Assembly (NCBI RefSeq): GCF_006345805.1
Contig: NC_043000.1
Span: 66,340,001-66,404,000, forward strand
Reading direction: 5' to 3'
DNA: 64,000 bases
Source: Octopus sinensis
Lineage: Eukaryota
Shown: positions 1-52,450 of the stretch, piece after piece
Layout: every line of letters starts with the position of its first letter
Position numbering within the stretch: position 1 is the stretch's first letter
Program-made: the position numbers and the translations under genes
The notes under the pieces: generated by a model
What the model was told of the DNA's origin: nothing
The model's input: the letters and a program-made list of their open reading frames with translations, nothing else
The model's database searches: none

Positions 1-906
1 TGGAGTCCTTCTGGCCTCAAGCTTAAAGTCACTGATGATTAGTCTATGCTGAGGGATACATTCTTCACCCGGGAGGGACTTTGTATTCAAGAGCAACCCT
101 GCATCCCGTTGTCTGGTGAGGATGAAGTCTATTTGGCTAGCGGAGTCTCCTGACTGATAAGTTATAAGGTGGCAGACTGGCTTCTTGAAGTTAGTGTTGC
201 AGATTGAAAGGTTACATGCATCACAGAATTCCAGTAGTCTAGTTCCCTCATCGTTTCTGGTGCCAATACCATATCCACCATGTACCCCAGTGAAGATACC
301 CGATTCCCGCCCAACATGCCCGTTAAAATCTCCACCTACAAAGATGAGGTCCTTGTTACTAGTCTTTGAAGTAGCCTGCAGAAGGGTATCATAAAAGTTG
401 TCCTTCTGATCATTTGGTAGTCCCGCTTGTGGGGCATAGGCTGAGATAATCATAGCTGTGCCACTCTGTAGGACCAACCTGAGCTTAAGCACTCTATCAC
501 AAACCCTGACAACCTCTATGACCTTATCCACCCATTCCTCCGCAAGGAGAATGCCTACACCCCCTACACCTTCCGCGTTACCTTGCCAGTAGAGTTTGTA
601 TCTAAGTGCCTTGCCCGTGAGGACCCTAGCCGAAGCATCTCTCCATCTTACCTCTTGTATGCAGCATACATCAACCTGTCTTCTCTCTAGCATCTCTACA
701 ATCTCACTAGACTTGCCTGTCAATGTACCAACATTGATAGTGCCAACTCTGAAAACTGGGAAGGAGATGTGGGGGGGACAGGGGGGATTCGGCGCCTGAG
801 AAGAGGAGGGTTGTAGTGGTGGTGATAGTTTTCGTGGTATTTTTCTTTTGATCTCTCTTCCAACCTGACCACGCCGTGGGCAGGAGCTGGTGTTAGCAGT
901 GGACAT
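1..906 (-). CDS. LINE ORF N-terminus, apurinic-type endonuclease domain (302 codons, no stop before window edge)
   Basis: Hand translation: MSTANTSSCPRRG...VFRVGTINVGTLTGKSSEIVEMLERRQVDVCCIQEVRW...GVGILL...ISAYAPQAG...GGDFNGHVG...QIDFIL...PQHRLIISDF; in-frame TAA directly upstream (912-910). Confidence 0.92.
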   Translation of the reverse strand, partial: MSTANTSSCPRRGQVGREIKRKIPRKLSPPLQPSSSQAPNPPCPPHISFPVFRVGTINVGTLTGKSSEIVEMLERRQVDVCCIQEVRWRDASARVLTGKALRYKLYWQGNAEGVGGVGILLAEEWVDKVIEVVRVCDRVLKLRLVLQSGTAMIISAYAPQAGLPNDQKDNFYDTLLQATSKTSNKDLIFVGGDFNGHVGRESGIFTGVHGGYGIGTRNDEGTRLLEFCDACNLSICNTNFKKPVCHLITYQSGDSASQIDFILTRQRDAGLLLNTKSLPGEECIPQHRLIISDFKLEARRTP

Positions 907-1449
907 TCGTTATCGTCACTGAGTAACGTAATTAGGTAGAGGAAAGAAATACAGATATTCTAGAGTTGAGTTGGGGAGGGGGGTCCAGTTGAGGCGGGTA
1001 ATATAGGGGAGCAACCAGTGGGGAAGGTTGGGGTAAGGAGGAACGATGGCAGGAAGGGTTGGTGTAGGTTCCTAAGAAATAAAAACGTAGGATATTACGA
1101 GGCGGGAGGGTACTAAAGGGGATGGTCGGATTGACGAGGCGGGAGGGTACTAAAAGGGGATGGTCGGATTGAGGCAGTGTCAGGAGGAAGCGTAAGATCG
1201 GTGGGCAGTTGATGAGCTATGGCGCTAGCAGCTTGTCTTAAGCATATGAGGAGAAGTGGTAGTGGGAGGAGGAGGAGGGAGTAGGGCGTACCCAGTGTAG
1301 ATGAGTAAGGTGTATCCGGTGTAGATAGAGAGAACGGGGTATACTGGTATTGGTGGTGGGGGGGGGTGAGAACAGTGTTCAACGGTATTGGTGGTGGGGG
1401 TGAGAACAGTGTTCAACGGTATTGGTGGTGGGGGTGGGGGGGCGGGCGC

Positions 1450-3027
1450 ACCGCCAATGACTGAAAGATGGGAAAAAGATGGGATTACCGGCTTGAGGCA
1501 GCCTGCGGTTAAATATGTAGAGAGAGAGATAGAAGATAAATCAAGTTATGGCGAAGGCTTGAAAGTATCCTAAAAAGGTTAAATTTTCGTAACAGTGTAT
1601 GAAAAAACGTATTAACAACGAATAAAAAATATAGTAAGATAATTTTTTAAGAACTTGCTGCGGTCATCGAGCGGGAGTTGAAATTGAAGAAGAGTAGTTT
1701 GAACTGGGAATTTAAATTGCAGAATCGTAATAGTAATAGTAATGGCGGTTTTCAAGTTTTAGCATATGAAGAAGAAGAGGAGGAAAAAGAAGACCGCCAA
1801 TGACTGAAAGATGGGAAAAAGATGGGATTACGGCTTGAGGCAGCCTGCGTTAAATATTGTAGAGAGAGAGATAGACGAGATAAATCAAGTTATGGCGAAG
1901 GCTTGAAAGTATCCTAAAAAGGTTAAATTTTCGTAACAGTGTATGAATAAACGTATTAACAACGAATAAAAAATATAGTAAGATAAATTTTTTAAGAACT
2001 TGCTGCGGTCATCGCGGGAGTTGAAATTGAAGAAGAAGTAGTTGAACTGGGAATTTAAATTGCAGAATCGTAATAGTAATAGTAATGGCGGTTTTCAAGT
2101 TTTAGCATATGAAGAAGAAGAGGAGGAAAAAGAAGACCGCCAATGACTGAAAGATGGAAAAAGATGGGATTACGGCTTGAGGCAGCCTGCGGTTAAATAT
2201 TGTAGAGAGAGAGATAGGAAGATAAATCAAGTTAATGGCGAAGGCTTGAAAGTATCCTAAAAAAGGTTAAATTTTCGTAACAGTGTATGAATAAACGTAT
2301 TAACAACGAATAAAAAATATAGTAAGATAAATTTTTTAAGAACTTGCTGCGGCATCGAGCGGGAGTTTCAATTGAAGAAGAAAGTAGTTGAACTGGGAAT
2401 TTAAATTGCAGAATCGTAATAGTAATAGTAATGGCGGTTTTCAAGTTTTAGCATATGAAGAAGAAGAGGAGGAAAAAGAAGACCGCCAATGACTGAAAGA
2501 TTGGAAAAAGTGGGATTACGGCTTGAGGCAGCCTGCGGTTAAATATTGTAGAGAGAGAGATAGGAAGATAAATCAAGTTATGGCGAAGGCTTGAAAGTAT
2601 CCTAAAAAGGGTAAATTTTCGTAACAGTGTGAATAAACGTATTAACACAACGAATAAAAAATATAGTAAGATAAATTTTTTAAGAACTTGCTGCGGTCAT
2701 CGAGCGGGAGTTGAAATTGAAGAAGAAGTAGTTGAACTGGGAATTTAAATTGCAGAATCGTAATAGTAATAGTAATGGCGGTTTTCAAGTTTTAGCATAT
2801 GAAGAAGAAGAGGAGGAAAAAGAAGACCGCCAATGACTGAAAGATGGGAAAAAGATGGGATTACGGCTTGAGGCAGCCTGCGTTAAATATTGTAGAGAGA
2901 GAGATAGGAAGATAAATCAAGTTATGGCGAAGGCTTGAAAGTATCCTAAAAAAGGTTAAATTTTCGTAACAGTGTATGAATAAACGTATTAACAACGAAT
3001 AAAAAATATAGTAAGATAAATTTTTTA
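1450..3027. repeat. Tandem array of ~343-346 bp units, 4 full + 1 partial
   Basis: accgccaatgactgaaag recurs at 1450, 1793, 2136, 2482 and 2826; units are near-identical, differing mostly by 1-nt indels. Confidence 0.97.
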
Positions 3028-4483
3028 TGTGAGGAATATTATTCTATAGAACTAACATTTGAATTCTGTTATTCTTTTATTCAGTCACTGAACTGTGATC
3101 ATTCAAGGGCATTGCCTTTATTAGCTTTAACTGGTTGTTCATTTTACAGTCTAGTTCAAATTTTATCAATCTCTGTTTATTGAATGGCTAAATTAATTTT
3201 TAATTAAAAAGAAATATACAATTTGATGCATTGTTTTGCACTGATACACATGTAAACGGTATCTATCTCTATGCCAAAAATAACCTGACAACAAAATTGA
3301 CTGGGTTTTTTTTTCTATTATATGTGCCAGATGATGGAGGACCTCAATAGTTGGCAAGATGCTGTGAGATCCATCTACTCCATCGTAGCATAGAAAAAGT
3401 GATGTAAAAATGATGTGTGTGTGTGTGAGACAGGCTTTCACATTAGTTAACCCAAGACTCCTGTTGAAAACACTTGGCCAAAGTGCTTGATAGTGGGATT
3501 AAACCTGGTTGTGAACTTGTTAAACTACACAGTAATGAGTAAATTTCCTTTAGATTGCCATGAAATTTCTTGGCATACTGGAATAAAGTGAAACCGTTGA
3601 CTGTTCAGTGAAGAATTTATTTAGTTTCCTTCTATCTTGTCATAGCTTAACTGGACTGAATTTACATGTGTTCTTAAAGGTGATTTTACTTTTTTATTTT
3701 TAGCAAATGAGGTTATGAGACAATGCTTTATTTGTATTTCAGTCTTGGTCTATTTCAGCCATTGCATACACTACATAACTTATATCTTGTGACCCTTTTA
3801 AGAAACAATATTTTCATAAGAAACCAAAGATGTTTCTTGTATCAGGTCATATCAGTAGTGGCGGGAGCTAGGGAGCTGTTACTTCAGTTGGATTCTGGTC
3901 TGTGTGCAAAAAACGGATTATGTAATGTGTATAATAAATGATGCTGCATGTTTTGGAAACACGGGTGTTGAATGCAGAAGATCTGAGATTAGAGAGTCAA
4001 TTATAATTTCTTAGATGTGTAGTGTTAACTCTGATAAAAAGTGGAGCATAAGTGAGCTAAGAGTGTGGCTGAGTATAAAAGGTATTATTAGTTGATACAT
4101 GTAGGAGACATGACTGCTGGAATGGATATCATGCAGGTATATGAATGAATGCTAATTGAAAACATCTTTTCTGTAGGTACTCATATCAGCAGAACATGAG
4201 GTATTGGTGTTGGACCTCACAATAAAAATTAAAAAAGAAAAACTGGTGATATTCTATTTTACAGACCTGTTCATGCTGTAGAATCATAGCAGAATGAACA
4301 GACATTATATATGATAATTAATGATACTTATTACTAACACTATTGATTCATTAAGATCCCTGATTTTCTTTATTCCATTTTAAAGTCACCTTATCCTTTT
4401 ACATCTCTTCAAAATTTGTGATTGACTTAAGTATTCATATTCTTTTCTTTTTGTTTCTAAAATAATTCACTATTATTTTGCAG

Positions 4484-44772
<40,289 letters not shown>

Positions 44773-46762
44773 CCAAATGACATAATCTTAAATTCTCATC
44801 TTTTCCAACTACATTTATTGTTAAAAACAAAGTAAGCTTATATTTAAGCTCCGTGAAATGAGTATAACCTTCTCATCTTGTTAATATCAAGCACCATGCT
44901 ACAGGACATCTAGTGTGACTACAGATTTGAGGTTTTATCCTTAAATCTTTAGTCTGTAGTTACATTTCTCTATTAATGTCATGGCGCTTTTATACATGGT
45001 GCTGTGTTATCTAAGTTAAACCAATTTAAATGAATTTTTATTCATTTCAGATACGCCTGATCTGTTACGTTTAATTCTGTCAAGAGAAAGATCTGAGGGT
45101 TAGTTTAGTAATATATATCCGTGTGCACAATATAACAGTTGTATCACACACAATGAAAAAAAATTCTGCTCTCATAATCTCCAAATGATTCAATAGACCA
45201 ACATGAATTATTATTGGCTGTTATTATTTATAATGTAAAAATTCTTAGATTATGCTTGAATGCTCCAATTTTTAAAACCAACTTCGTTATAAGAACTGAA
45301 AGATCTATTTTAAAATTCATGAACATGTGAATCAAAGATTTTAATTTGTATTTATATTGGTTAAAAATTGCACTCCAATGTTTTTGTGAAAAAAAAAAGA
45401 AAAAAATGGATGCTAAGCTGCTGCTGATGATGATATTGTCATTTTTAACACGAAATTATATTGTTAGCCAGTCTATTTGCTTGCATTTCTGTTTTAATTT
45501 CTTTATTAAATTCAGAAAGTGTGTAAAGAATGTTGTTCCAGAAACCATAATCTATTCTACAGGCCACTTCTTTCTTCAGTAGAGAATATTGATTTGATGC
45601 TGCTCCCTATTTTTAATTTAAATGATTTAAATCAGCTTTTTTGGCTTGATTTCTTTTATTTGATTTATAGATACATTATTCTGCATTGAATAATTTTAAA
45701 ATAGCCCTTATTTTGGGCATCGTAAATCATACTGTGATGTACAGTTCTTACAGCATATTAAGAATACAGAAAGCTATTTATAATCACTTTTGTATTTGTT
45801 TTGCGGGATTCTTGACATGAAATCATCTGTTGAAATTGGTATTGTTGTATTTTGAGAGGGTCATAGTGCCAATATACCACACACACACACACACACACTA
45901 ACTGTAACATACTTCAAGTTTTATTATCAATTATTTAGATAGTTAGTCAATTGATTAATCAATTAATGAAGTAACTGATTATCTAATTAATTGATAATAA
46001 AACTTAACGAAGCTACAACAAACGTGTGTGTTCCCTAAATACAACAATATTTGTAATCAAGGTTACCCAAATATTTTCTTTAAAGCAAATTTAATACCAT
46101 GATCTGATCTATTTATTTGACTGTACACAAGGCCAAGAATAAGGAAGATAGTTTGTTGAATTGATACCAATACCTTACTGATATTATTTTATTGATTAGG
46201 ATGAGTAGCACAGTTGATTCCTTTTTTTTTTTTTGTTATTAGAAAACAGATGATAAACAGTGAAAAAAAAGGGAGAAAAAATATTTCACATGATGCCTGA
46301 CTTTTTTTTTTTTTAAATTTAAATTTATTTCAAAATGAATCAGTAATGTGTTTATAACAGTAAACAGTGAACACTGAACAATGTTGAAATGAACTTTCTG
46401 GGTTTCCAAACTTAGTTAACTATGCAAGTTTAAGAAATATTTTTTTAATTGTAAATGTTAATGTGCTTCTGATAAAATACTGTAATTTAGTTGGTTATTA
46501 TTTTTTTCTTCTCTCTTTCAAAACATTAAAGAGTGTTTAGTTAAAAAAAAAATATTCATCCAATGAATCATGCTAACACGTTGAATATTTGTATTCTAGC
46601 TGTTTTCTCTTTTATTTTATCAATTTCTAACCAAAAGCATACTTTATTTTAAATTACATACAACCAACAATTGTGAATTAAATATGCTGGATATTTAAGG
46701 CCAAATATTGAGATTTTATCTTGCGGAAACTACTTTTTTTTTTTCCTTAATCTTAGCTTTTC

Positions 46763-46796
<34 letters not shown>

Positions 46797-46797
<1 letters not shown>

Positions 46798-47072
46798 TGT
46801 TTTTATATAAAATCATCAATATAATTATCACTCAGCTATTGGCAATTGTCTGTTATATCAAATAAGTCAAATAATTTTCAGAAGTGAGTGATAATTATAT
46901 TAATGATCATTTAGTATTTTTCTTCGTAATATTGCTTTATATCAGTGAGTTATTTTTTTCTAACATTTACTTAGTTTATTTTTCCCTTCTGCAATGTAAT
47001 TTAATATGAATTGGGTGTTCAGTAATTTCATTGCAAGATGTTACAATTGAATTTGGACCAATTCTGTTGTTG

Positions 47073-47109
<37 letters not shown>

Positions 47110-47384
47110 TGTTTTTATATAAAATCATCAATATAATTATCACTCAGCTATTGGCAATTGTCTGTTATATCAAATAAGTCAAATAATTTTCAGAAGTGAG
47201 TGATAATTATATTAATGATCATTTAGTATTTTTCTTCGTAATATTGCTTTATATCAGTGAGTTATTTTTTTCTAACATTTACTTAGTTTATTTTTCCCTT
47301 CTGCAATGTAATTTAATATGAATTGGGTGTTCAGTAATTTCATTGCAAGATGTTACAATTGAATTTGGACCAATTCTGTTGTTG

Positions 47385-47386
<2 letters not shown>
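46797..47386. repeat. Direct tandem duplication of a 278-bp segment (period 312) separated and flanked by (TA)n
   Basis: 46797-47074 and 47109-47386 look identical by eye; TA tracts before, between and after. Confidence 0.95.
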
Positions 47387-47424
<38 letters not shown>

Positions 47425-50400
47425 TACATACATACATACACACACATATAGGAATATTTTTCTCTATAACTAGATCTTAATGATTAAAGAATATTTTGTT
47501 TTCAATCATATTTCATTTTAATTATATTCTACATGATAATCAAAATATATTTCAAATAAGAAATTGAACATCAAACTATTAAAAGTTTATTGTGCATCTA
47601 CTGTTTTAGTCAGTTTTTTTTTTTAAATTCTCACAACAGCTAAAGCAATCAGATTTAAAAATCATAGATTTCATTCAATTTTCATAAAGGTCATTAAAAT
47701 AAGATATAGTTATGATCAATCAGTTTATCATTTAAATAGTAATTTCTTTATACATATATTTTTTTTGTAAACATTTATTTCTTATTTTAAAACAGAAAAC
47801 ACAATTTATGATTATTCCTTTTACTAACCATGCATTGCTAAATTACCTATATAAATGCTTTAAGGATGATTTAAACTTACAATAATTTATATTAAAACAT
47901 CTCTTGATGTTTAAAAAAGAAAATAACTAAATATTTCACCTGAAATATCTTTTAATATGGTTCATGATTTCATTATTATATTTCATTGCTTTACAAAATC
48001 ACTTTTCAATTCACATCTCTTTTGAGCATTTTTTTCTGTCATTCTCTGCTACCCCTCTCCCTCCCTACTTATTTTCCTTTTCAAATTTCTATTTGCTTAA
48101 ATAATTATCTCTCAATGAAAATAAGCTTTTGATATTTAAAGTTTCCATTGTACTATTGCTGAGGAAAGTTTTTAATTTCTTCTAATATTTAACACATTTT
48201 ACTCTTTTAATTTTTTTCTTTCTCTATTGCTGCTACATGTTCCATTTTTAACTTCATTACAGTTTGTTTTACTCAAAGTAAAATTAACTTATTTTTAAAA
48301 TTAACATTTATTTTTTTATTTCATATTTAAAAAAGAAAAAGAATTAATAAAAAAATATAATTTTCTGAGAAAACTTGTTAAAATGTTTATATAGACTGAC
48401 TTTGCAAAAAAAAAAATCATGTTAACTACAAGATCTTTTTTTTTTTTGTTTCTACTATTTCTTGGACTTAACCCTGCTTTAAGGTGTTGTACTGAAGTTG
48501 TATACTTTATTTAAGGTGGGGGGGGGGCTTTTTTGTTTATCTTTATGTATGGAAGTATTTCTTTTCTATATCTATGTAAATTTTACTAACATTTTGTATA
48601 TAGTTGTCATCATCTGGTTGTGCTTTTAGTCTCTCTCTTTTTTCATTGGTAGCCAATTCTAAATGTAATTCTTGCTCAGTTAAATTTTGGATATGTTTCA
48701 GGTTGTTTTCTATTAAAATTCTATTTCTCATTATTTACTATATGTTTCATGTTTATCATTGAAATTGCCTCTTACGAAATATATAATTAGTGTTTCAGTT
48801 ACATTAATATTGTTTTTTGTCTTCATTTGTAGTTTCTGTATCCCAATTTTCTGTCTGTATCATAATTTTCTATACTGTCAACAATAATAGATGCTAGAAT
48901 GGGAATATAGCATTTCACTGGATCATGATTATATATTTTTCTAGATTGCAAAAATATACAGTTTGAAATAATATCAATGAGATTGCACATAATTTAAATA
49001 TTCATTAACTGTTTTCAACGATTTACCAATTTTCTGTCAAATTGGATTTTTGTTGAAGACATTTGTAATAGCTAACATCTGTGAAAAAAGTAAATTATAT
49101 TTGAATCACCTGCTGAACCAAGTTTCCAGTTGCAACAATGGTCTTACACTGGAGCTGTAAGTTGATATTGCCTAATTTTGTTTGAAAGAAACATCTGGTG
49201 AATCAGTTGTCATCTTATGCCTCTAGAGAAAACAGTGTCTTCAAACCAATTGAAATTGAACAATCAGATTTGTTTACCATTGACAATCATTAATGCTACT
49301 GGATAAATCAACATAAATTTTTCACACTGTTATTTGAAATTAAATAACTTGAAACCATAAACAACCGTGACTAATTCTAGTTGTGCTCTTATGTACATAT
49401 ACTCAACTTTAAATAAATATTGCCAAATACACATATACATTTAGACTTTATTTCATACCTACACACACATCCACATGGACATGTATACTGCTTTTCACTA
49501 GTAGTAGACCTACTCTTGCATAACCAGATCAAGGCAGCTATTCCTTCTCACTACAACAAACAATCTGCATATCACATCTCAGCTGACTTGCAAAGCTTAA
49601 ACTGCATATCTCTTCAAACTATACACCAACTGAACTCTTACATAATCTTCAGAGTATTGGGTGAGGGTTGGGACATGCATACACACATACTTAAATACAT
49701 ATATACTTGTATGCATGTATTGGGATGATTTGTGAATTTATATCAGTTTGTCCAGAAGTAATACTGTCAGGTAGAGCTTGTTAGACAAATCTGATTGTAT
49801 TCAAGATCATTGATATTAGACGTATTGTCCCTGGATTAGTAAGGTGACAACAGATATTCTTCAGAAGTTTGTTTTATCAAAAGAAATTTACTTCTCTAGA
49901 TAATAAGGTAAATTTCCAGCTTTCTTATGAGAGACTAACCACTATAGGTCTCAGCTGGGTCACAATGAGGTGTGAGTATCTGCTGCTATAGTTGATGCAA
50001 GCCATTGCAATGCTTTATTTTTATTTGTGAAAGAAAGCAATAAGAAATGCATTCAGCTATTCCCCAAATACATTCAGCCGATTAGTTCAGAAACAAATAT
50101 TGTGGTTGGAGAGAATTCTTGTTTGCTCTTTGTGATAGTCTCCTTCAGTTGATTTGTTAAACTTTGATCTCTGAGACAAAATTCAATTTCTGAATCATTT
50201 GATATTTTTCATTCATTTCAAAGTCTTTTAGAGTGTCAATTTGAGTGATATTGTAATTTTTGTGGTGTAAGAACATTTGGATATGGTGCCCTATTCATTT
50301 AATGAACATGAAATATATATATATAAATAAGACCTGTATTTACATATCAAGGATGTCGGGGTTTTTAAAGTGCCAGGTTGTAGATGATGGTGTAAAGCAA

Positions 50401-50849
50401 CCTGCTGAACTTTCTGAATGGTACACCTAATGAAAAATTACCTTGAATTTTTTTAGTTGTGCAGCCTACTTGACAATGAGCCATGTCTTATGTAGCCCGC
50501 TTCTTGAAAAAGGTTGCCTATGCTTGGTATAATGTAAGCAGAATTTCCAAGTTTCCACAAACTGCAGGAAGTGCCAGATATATCATGTTGGATAGGAAAT
50601 GATATAACAATGGTTTTACTTCAACAGAAATAAGCTACTAATTTATAAGATAAAATATATCAAATATCTTGCAGCAGACAGCCATCCTCTTAATTTTTTT
50701 TTTTTTATCAATATACTTGGAAAAGTGATATTGTATATGAGTGGCTGATTTGTATCCTCTGCAATGTCTTTCCTTTTTGTTTTTCTATTTCTTTGTAACA
50801 ATGAGGTAACGTTCAAATTATTTTTACATCTGCCTAACAAGTATTGTAT

Positions 50850-52450
50850 AATGTTTTCTTTAAGTCACTTCTTCATTTCTTTCTTTCATGTCTTTTTTTT
50901 TTTTTTTTTTTTGTACCTACCAAAGTTGATCCTATTCTGGATGAAAATCATGATTTCCCCATGTTTCATTGGTGAGGGGTCTCGTACTTTGAAATTTGTA
51001 TTCTGATCAGCCTTGTCTAGGTTTGAAAAACGTAGGTTTGATAGTGTTTTTATTTCTATGATACTAATTTTAATTGCAATAATATTTCTGATTTCCATTG
51101 TTCATTTACCATGTAATACTATAATGATGTTGAGGTTTGAGGATCTTTGAAAATGCCTGAATGTGATATCTGCTTCCCATGAGCATGCTGATAGAAGGAT
51201 GTTGACACAATTATTGTCCGTTTTTTCCTATGGTTACACTATCACATTTCTCTATCAACAGGCTGTGCAGATCAAATTCATTCTTAGCTATAAGAATGGT
51301 ATCATTGAAAATTGTTGATTTTATGTCCTTCAGTTTTCAAACTTGAATTCTATTCTCTTTGTGTAGTCATAGTCATTGTACAAGGGAATCAGGACACACA
51401 ATACATCTTTGTTGTACACCTTTCTTGACACTCTGAAAACAACTGATTTCTTTGTTAAAACTTAATCAGTATGTTCTCATTGTATGCTTGTAAACATGCT
51501 GATATTTGCTTGCAATTTACTTAAATACTGAAATGAGTTATTGTTAGTTGGATAAAAATTTTCTCATTTATTAATCTCATTTATAGAAAGTATATTTATA
51601 TTTACACTTCTTTTCAATCAGTTTGATTTTTGAGTGTCAGCTAATGTTTTAATATTTGAATATGAACATTCATCCCAAACTGTATTTGAACAAGAAACTT
51701 TATTTCTAAATAAGCCAAGTAAATAAGTACTCTAAAGATGAGATTAATACTTTAGAAAATTATCATCAGAATCTATTTTCAGCAGTTCTGTTGTCAAAGT
51801 GTGTGTAATTAGTCATCATTTGATGGTGATAAGGAATTGTAGCTGATGTATTTGATGTAGAAGGAGCTGAATATAAATTTCATGAAACTGTCATGTACTT
51901 TGTCTATTCCTTTCATGATTTTGTAGCTTCCTTCATCTTGATTCTTAGTGAAACTCTCCTTACATGACTCAAAAGAGGCACTTAATGTCACCTGGCTTCC
52001 ATGATACTGTCAAGAAAATCAAAAGTAGGATCTTGCATTTTCCTCACTGTCATGTAATTCATAGATTAATTCTGCATTTGTATATATGTTCAGTTTTTTT
52101 TTCTTCTCTATGCATTTCAGCTGTCTTCTAAGAAGTATGATTCTTTTTAAAATTATTTTGTATCCAAACACTTTCATTTCCTCCATGATTATAGAGATTT
52201 TAATATATCTGTCCATCTTTCTAGTGTCTTCCCTCAAATCTTTGCCTCTTTCATTTTTGAATAAATGACCAAATGTTTGTCTGGATTTATAGTGCCTGCT
52301 TCAGTCCCTTTTATATCACAAATACCATATAGCATATATTCAATCTTTCCTTATCTTTCTTTATGGTCTTCTTTCCCTGTCCCATTCGTATATATTGATA
52401 TAATATTCCAAAGTACTAATCTGGAGGTTGTTATTCACTTTTCCTCTCTT
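50850..52450 (-). mobile_element. Ancient, heavily decayed RTE-type LINE (EN and RT remnants)
   Basis: Minus-strand remnants: GVQQRCIVCP (51420-51391, cf. GVRQGCILSP), GHKINNF..NDTILIAKNEFDLHSLL (about 51330-51255, cf. INNLRYADDTVLIA), EIRNIIAI and ETWG downstream, VFGYKIILKRIILLR upstream. Confidence 0.55.

Larger units (their letters stand above)
1..3027 (-). mobile_element. 5' part of an RTE-clade (RTE-BovB-like) LINE: monomer array + GC-rich tether + start of ORF; continues off the left edge
   Basis: The minus-strand ORF from ATG 906 encodes an APE endonuclease; the 907-1449 GC/CpG-rich segment joins directly to the ~344-bp tandem units at 1450-3027. That the array belongs to the element is inference. 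Confidence 0.75.

Noticed and set aside
185-799. Plus-strand ORFs 185-394 and 596-799
   Set aside because: Antisense shadows of the minus-strand LINE endonuclease ORF
1450-3027. CRISPR array or coding repeat (ORFs 2232-2444, 2448-2648)
   Set aside because: Units are ~344 bp with no unique spacers; the ORFs differ in frame between near-identical units and resemble no protein
48543-48960. Exon of a neighbouring minus-strand gene (MRNRILIENNLK...)
   Set aside because: Coding-like composition but no recognisable domain, stops in the flanking frames and no convincing splice sites; possibly an old TE
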